From contig NW_024704742.1 of assembly GCF_018977255.1 (NCBI RefSeq), positions 38,690,001 through 38,754,000 of the forward strand: 64,000 nucleotides of DNA. Direction: 5' to 3'. Position 1 is the first letter of the stretch. Each line of letters begins with the position of its first letter. The translations under genes were made by a program, and so were the position numbers. Source of the DNA: Callorhinchus milii. Lineage: Eukaryota. Below are positions 58,234-64,000 of this stretch, in pieces. The notes under the pieces are model-generated. The model was not told the DNA's origin, searched no databases, and saw nothing but the letters and a program-made list of their open reading frames with translations.

Positions 58234-61200
58234 ATTCAGACATTCTGCAGAAATTATCTGAAGTTATGTTAGAACACTTGTGTAAAATAGAATCTAAAGC
58301 ATCATGATTAGACTGGCTGTGAACCATCAAAGAAAGTAATAATCAAATAGTAATAATTCTTGCATTTAGTATAGCGCCTTTCATGGTTGGGAGCATGTCT
58401 CAAAGCACGTCGTAGGAGGTATTATGAAGTGGAGTGACTGGTTTGTGGGCAAACACAGTATCCACATTGCCACAATATTCCACAAGCAGCCATGAGGTGC
58501 ATGACCAAGGTCATTGGGAGATTGTTGACCAGGACACCAGGAGAAATTCCATTCTCTTTTCAAATTGTGCCATTGGCAGATAGGATCTCGATTTAATGTC
58601 TCATTCGAAGGATGACATCTCCAACAATGGAGCACTCCCCCAACACTGTATTGGAGTGTCAGCCTGGACTATATGAGTTCCAGGTCCTAATGTGGGGCTT
58701 AAATCCACAACCTTGTGAACTCAGACTTGAGAATGGAATCAACTGAGCCAAGCTGATACACCAAAAATGTAAATGTTGGAGTGAAAAATGTGGAGCATGT
58801 TGTGATAACTAACAGTGGGAAAAATTGGGGGAAATTATTAAATCACACACCACAGTCCCCCCACCACCCCAACCTCCCCCCACACACACATGCAGTGCCT
58901 TTATTTTTCTTTTAATAGTATTTCAGTGATTTAGGCAGTTCATGGATTTTAACACAATAATTCATGGATATTTTTACAATGATTTGGTCTTATGGTGGAT
59001 GCTCTGCTGACTGTTTCTAAGGTTATTTTCGGGACAGTAACAGCTGTTTCACGGTTCAGTGTACTTCAGATGCTCAGGCAATACAAAACTGCCTGGTGGA
59101 AGTGAGCTGATCTATCTTATGCAAGGCATAGAGTCATTAAACATTATTCAAGCCTGGGAGCCATAAAGTATTTATTCCTTATGTTCCAAAATTTTGCTTA
59201 GCTTGTTTGCTTGGCCTGTACTATAACGTGAGTTTACATTTAATAGGCGATTTAATAATTTATAATTTTACCTAAGTTTAATAGAGACAACAGTTAAATA
59301 AGAAAATGAATCAAAACAAGCAAGGGACGACTTGGGAACACAATTTAATTTTTTATGTCTGTTTAATATTTTATTTTGTTATGGGTCACAGTGTGAAGAC
59401 TGAACACTTGGCGGAAAATGATGCACATTGTTGATGAATTATTCCGTGCAGGAAAGCTCATTGCAGTGATCTATCGGAAATAAAAAGGGAAAAACATGAG
59501 ATTGTTTGTTTTGGTGTTACTGTAGTTAGAATGGGTGTGTCTACAAAGCTTGTATTTCCCCTTTGGCCAGTGGGTTGTTTATATTGTTTCCTGTTTGAAC
59601 AAAATGCACATGAAGGATAGATGATAACAATTTTTGTTGTGTCTCAAGTGGTTACTATGAACAATTAAGATCTAATTTGAGTTCATGTGTCCTGTCACTG
59701 AGCTAATAGATGGTGTGTTTGTGCTGCTCCTTGTAGGGGATAGTTACAAGAATGAGCCCTTTTGTTGACATCAAAGCAATATTGGTTAAAGGGGCTAAAA
59801 GAATATTGGTTGAATCTTCAGAAGAAAGGTGCAGTAAACCTTCTTTTGTATTTTTTTACAAAAACATAACCCCAAGCTGTAAATCACATTGAAATGTCAC
59901 TCGCATGTGAAATTGTGACAAAATTTGCTGCATGTCTTTTGTCCCTCTTCAACAGCTCAGTTGGTAGCACTCTCACCTCTGAGTCAAAAGGTTTAAGTCC
60001 CATGTTGGGACTTTGAACTCACAGTCTAAACTGACAGTCCAGTGTAGTGGGTGTGCTGCGTTGTTGGAGAGGCCGTGCTTTGGATGAAATGTTAAACCAA
60101 GGTCCCATTTGCCCGTTCAGATAAACATTAAAGATCCTGAGGCACGATTTGAAAAGAGAAAAGCGTTTCTTCTGGTGTCTGGCCACCAATCCCCAAATAA
60201 AAAATGGTCATTCATTTCATGGCTGTTCATGGGACAAAGTGTAGTGCCAGTTGGGTATTGGGTTCATGTATAGTCAGTACGCTTCACAGTCAAATCCTAC
60301 AAAGTGCTTAGAGACAACTTAACAATGTGATATGGTACTGTATCAAATGCAAGGATTGTTATTAAAGATTATTACAAATGGCTTGTCAGGTGCATTGCAT
60401 GAATAACTTTTTAAGTTAAAATTCGTTATGTGACACTACCTGCTAGAAATGTACATTTTACGTTTCTGAAAACAATTGTTTTGGGGGGTATTTTCTTTTC
60501 TCTGTGGCAGTGTTGTAGCCTACATTTGTCTCAACTGAGAGAGCACCATAGCAAACTCAGTGACCTGAACCTGCACCATTCACCAGTAATTGTGCTTGAA
60601 TCGGTAAACAGAAACAGTGAAAATGTTTGACTTAAAAAAAACCTACAAGTACAACTGAATACAGACATTTATTCAGTTTGAGAGAGGCAACCAAATGTGT
60701 TGGATATCAAGATTAGGACCAATGTAATGGAAAATGACAGCTGTTGGAGGTATATTACACAGTTAGAAACACTGATTCATATTCTCTGGTACCCCTTTAA
60801 GGCTAAACAGTTTTGCAAAATGTAGAAAATATTCTACCAAAAATGTTCCAGATGGTCTGATCTCGACCTCTTTGCCTGGTCATTTCAGGAGATTGAGAAA
60901 AAACATTTCCACTGTCTGAAGAAAATTGGAGTCTGTTAAGCATCCTTGGAAGCGATTGATCCTTTAGAGGTAGAAAACCAGCGACTCTCCATCAGTTACG
61001 GAATGGAAAATCTTGGCTATACAAATGTACAATTGTGACAGAGTGGAGAGTACAGTAGATACAAGAGTTTACAGTTTTCTTTCTGGGATCACTCCAAAAC
61101 AATCATTTTAGGTGACAGCATATTTGCAAGAAATAGCAAAAAAAACCTTGCATTTTAATAGCGCCTTATCATGCAAAATGGCTCATAAAGTAATTACTGT

Positions 61201-64000
61201 CAAGTGACTGTTTTTGTAGGCAGGCCATTTGTGCTAGCAATTTCCCACAAAGAGCCATGATCAATTTATCTGAGGAATTGTTGACCAGCACACTGGGAGA
61301 AATTCCTGCTCTTTTTAAATAATATCATGGAATATTTAACAAGAAGACGGGAAGGGAGACACCTCTGACAATGCAGCACTCGCCAGTTGTGTGAGCCTGG
61401 ACAATAATTTTGAATTCCTGATGTTAAGCTCAAACCCACAACCTTCTGAATCAGAAGTGAGAACACTACCAACTGAACCTAACTGATGCTGGAAAAATAC
61501 AATAACTTGCACTTATATACTGGCCTTCACATGGTCTAAGGTCCCGGACGCTTGATTGTGGTGGGATCTGACACCGAGCCGGGGGATAGGGAGTGGGGGA
61601 GGTGACCGTGAGGGCAATCAAAAAGGAGAGTCTTTAGGCGGGCTTTGAAGGTGGGAAGTGAGTTATATATATATATGATATATATAGCGCCTTATCCTGC
61701 AAATATATATATATATAACTCAGAATGAGTTTATTGAGTTTATTTATTATAACCTGAATAAACTCAATCTGAAACATCTTGGGGGCTAGGGAATGTCTTA
61801 TGTGACATAATTTCCAGTTGACCATCAAACACTGCCTACTTATTTCCCCCTCACTACGGTCAGATGCTTCAAGAATTGGGTTAGATATCCCTATATGTTC
61901 TCTCACATATACACACACACGCACACACATCACTAAGGCACATTGAGTCAAAGCTCCATGAAAGCATCAATGAGTAAGAAAAGACAAAGGTTAGTCAGGA
62001 AACCCAATGAAGAGACTTTCCTAAAGAATCAAAGATACACAACAAATGGAGAAACAAAGCTTTAGCATGACAGAAAATAATCCCTCTAAATATGTGTCGT
62101 AACATTTAGTAATTCAGTTAAATTACATATTATTTAGTCCAGTGTGGACTATATCAGAGGAACTTAGCCTCGTACTTTGAACTCAAACTCTAGGCTGACA
62201 CTCCAATGCAGTGCTGGGGGTTTGATGCATTGTTGGACATACCATCTTTTGAATGAATGTTAAACTGAGGACCAGTTTGCCTATTCAGGTGGATGTTAAA
62301 GATCCTATGGCACTATTCAAAAAGAGGAGTAAGTTTCTTCCAGTGTCCTGGCCAACAAACCTCTAAATAAAATTGGTCATTCTCTGCATGGCTGTTCGTG
62401 GGGTATTGCTGTATGCAAATTGACTGCCGCATCTGCCTATTAATACACAGTCACTACATTTCATAAAATCCTGTGAAGCTCTTTGAGATGTCTCAATGTC
62501 ATGATGGATACTGCTGTACGCAATTGACTGCTGCGTTTCATCCATAAAATATGCAGTCAATTCACTTTACAGTATATTAGGTGAAGTGCTTTGAGACCTC
62601 TCCAAGACATGATAAGTCGCTATATCAAATGCAAGGATTATTATTATTAAGGTGCCATATCAAATGCAAGGATTATTTTATTTGTTGACTATTATGAAAT
62701 ATTTCTCACAGTTTGGTAAATAAAGGTGAAGGTTAATTCTCCAGTGTCAATGAAATATTATCTCTTGAAATTTAAAAAAAGAGAAAAAGGAAACTTGCGC
62801 TTGATACTTTGACTGAACCTCCTTGAAGTGCTTTGGACTTTTTGCCCTTTCCAAGATGAAGATATAATGAATAAAGCTATGTAGGTCTCGGTTGTGATTA
62901 TTTTTAAATGTTGCCTTCTTAGCTTTACAATGGGGTGACTGTTCAACAATATGACCACAATTGAACTTTAATGCGAGCACTTGCAGAAAATAATTTGGCT
63001 TCATTTCAAAGAAGTCACTTTGCTATAACAAACTTTCCTTTAGTTTTATGTTTCTGAAACTGTGGAACCAATGAAGATTAAGCAATATGATTTGTTGTAT
63101 CATGATACATAAGCCTAAAGCTGTATTTTTTCCTGGGTATCACACATGATTTACAACCCAGAAACCTTACGGACCAGTTATACTGATTTGAAGTGGTGCT
63201 TGGCATGGAGTGATTGAAAGGTAATAGTTATAGTACCTGCTCTGAATTGCTTGGGCCTGGAATTGAGTTCAAGGAAAGTGAATTCCGATCTAGTAAAGTG
63301 CATGAGCGGAAGTGTATTAACATGTGCCAAAGAGTAACTAATTTTTAATGTTGTTAAAGAACTATAAGGTTTGAAATCACATGAAGCACATTGAGAATAA
63401 CCAATTGGACAACCCAGTGAATGTTAGACTTTTCAAAATGTAAAATTTTGCTTTGCTTTGATTTCAGTAAAACTGAAACATTTGATGCTGAAGGATGACT
63501 CAAAATCATTCTGATGCCTCTTATTTAATATGAGAACCCCATTGAATCAATGTTAAATTAATAGTTTACGTGAGGCTTCAGAAATATATTGGAATGGTGT
63601 GTACGATTTTATTTGAAAATAGGAATGTTGTTGGGTTGGGGATGAATCTGTATCTTCCTTGGATTTATTTAGATTACCACAATTATTTGCATTTGTGTAG
63701 AATCTTTCATGTGGAATAATGTGTCATTTACAATGAAGAAAAAGATCCTGAGTGGGGAGTGGGGGGGGGGGGGGGGAGTAGGAAGTAGATTTGAACCATA
63801 CGACACCAACAGATGGGATAGCATCTCACAGTGCTTAAAGGCACAGGCACAGCCAAAGCGATAAGTCTTACAGCAGGATTTGAAGACCAATATGGAGGGA
63901 GGAACAGAGGGATCGGGATTGAGAGTTCCAGAGATTAGGGTGAACTGCTGTGGTTCTCATGTGTTAACCAATGGTGCTTTGCATGGGGGGGAGGAATGTG

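Overview
Repeat-rich vertebrate genomic DNA. The repeat content (L2/CR1 LINEs, Deu-type and tRNA-Ala SINEs with (TTA)n tails, Penelope-type palindromes) suggests a cartilaginous fish; the organism is an inference. There are two genes, arranged head-to-head. (1) ETNPPL/AGXT2L1 is complete on the minus strand: 13 coding exons, ATG at 25736, stop at 5718, 1557-nt CDS (518 aa), and the last intron needs a GC-AG donor. (2) The 5' end of a type II transmembrane collagen, best match COL25A1, lies on the plus strand: coding exons 43128-43445 and 44147-44216, followed by a long intron running off the window. The most notable non-genic structures are: TSD-flanked palindromic Penelope-type insertions carrying minimal hammerhead-ribozyme cores; a 1.14-kb segment bounded by 87-bp inverted repeats and a 5-bp direct repeat; a 29-bp minisatellite between the likely ETNPPL TATA box and its ATG; and a young 5'-truncated L2 whose 3' hairpin is shared with the local SINEs. 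Family names and human comparisons are from recall, not database searches.
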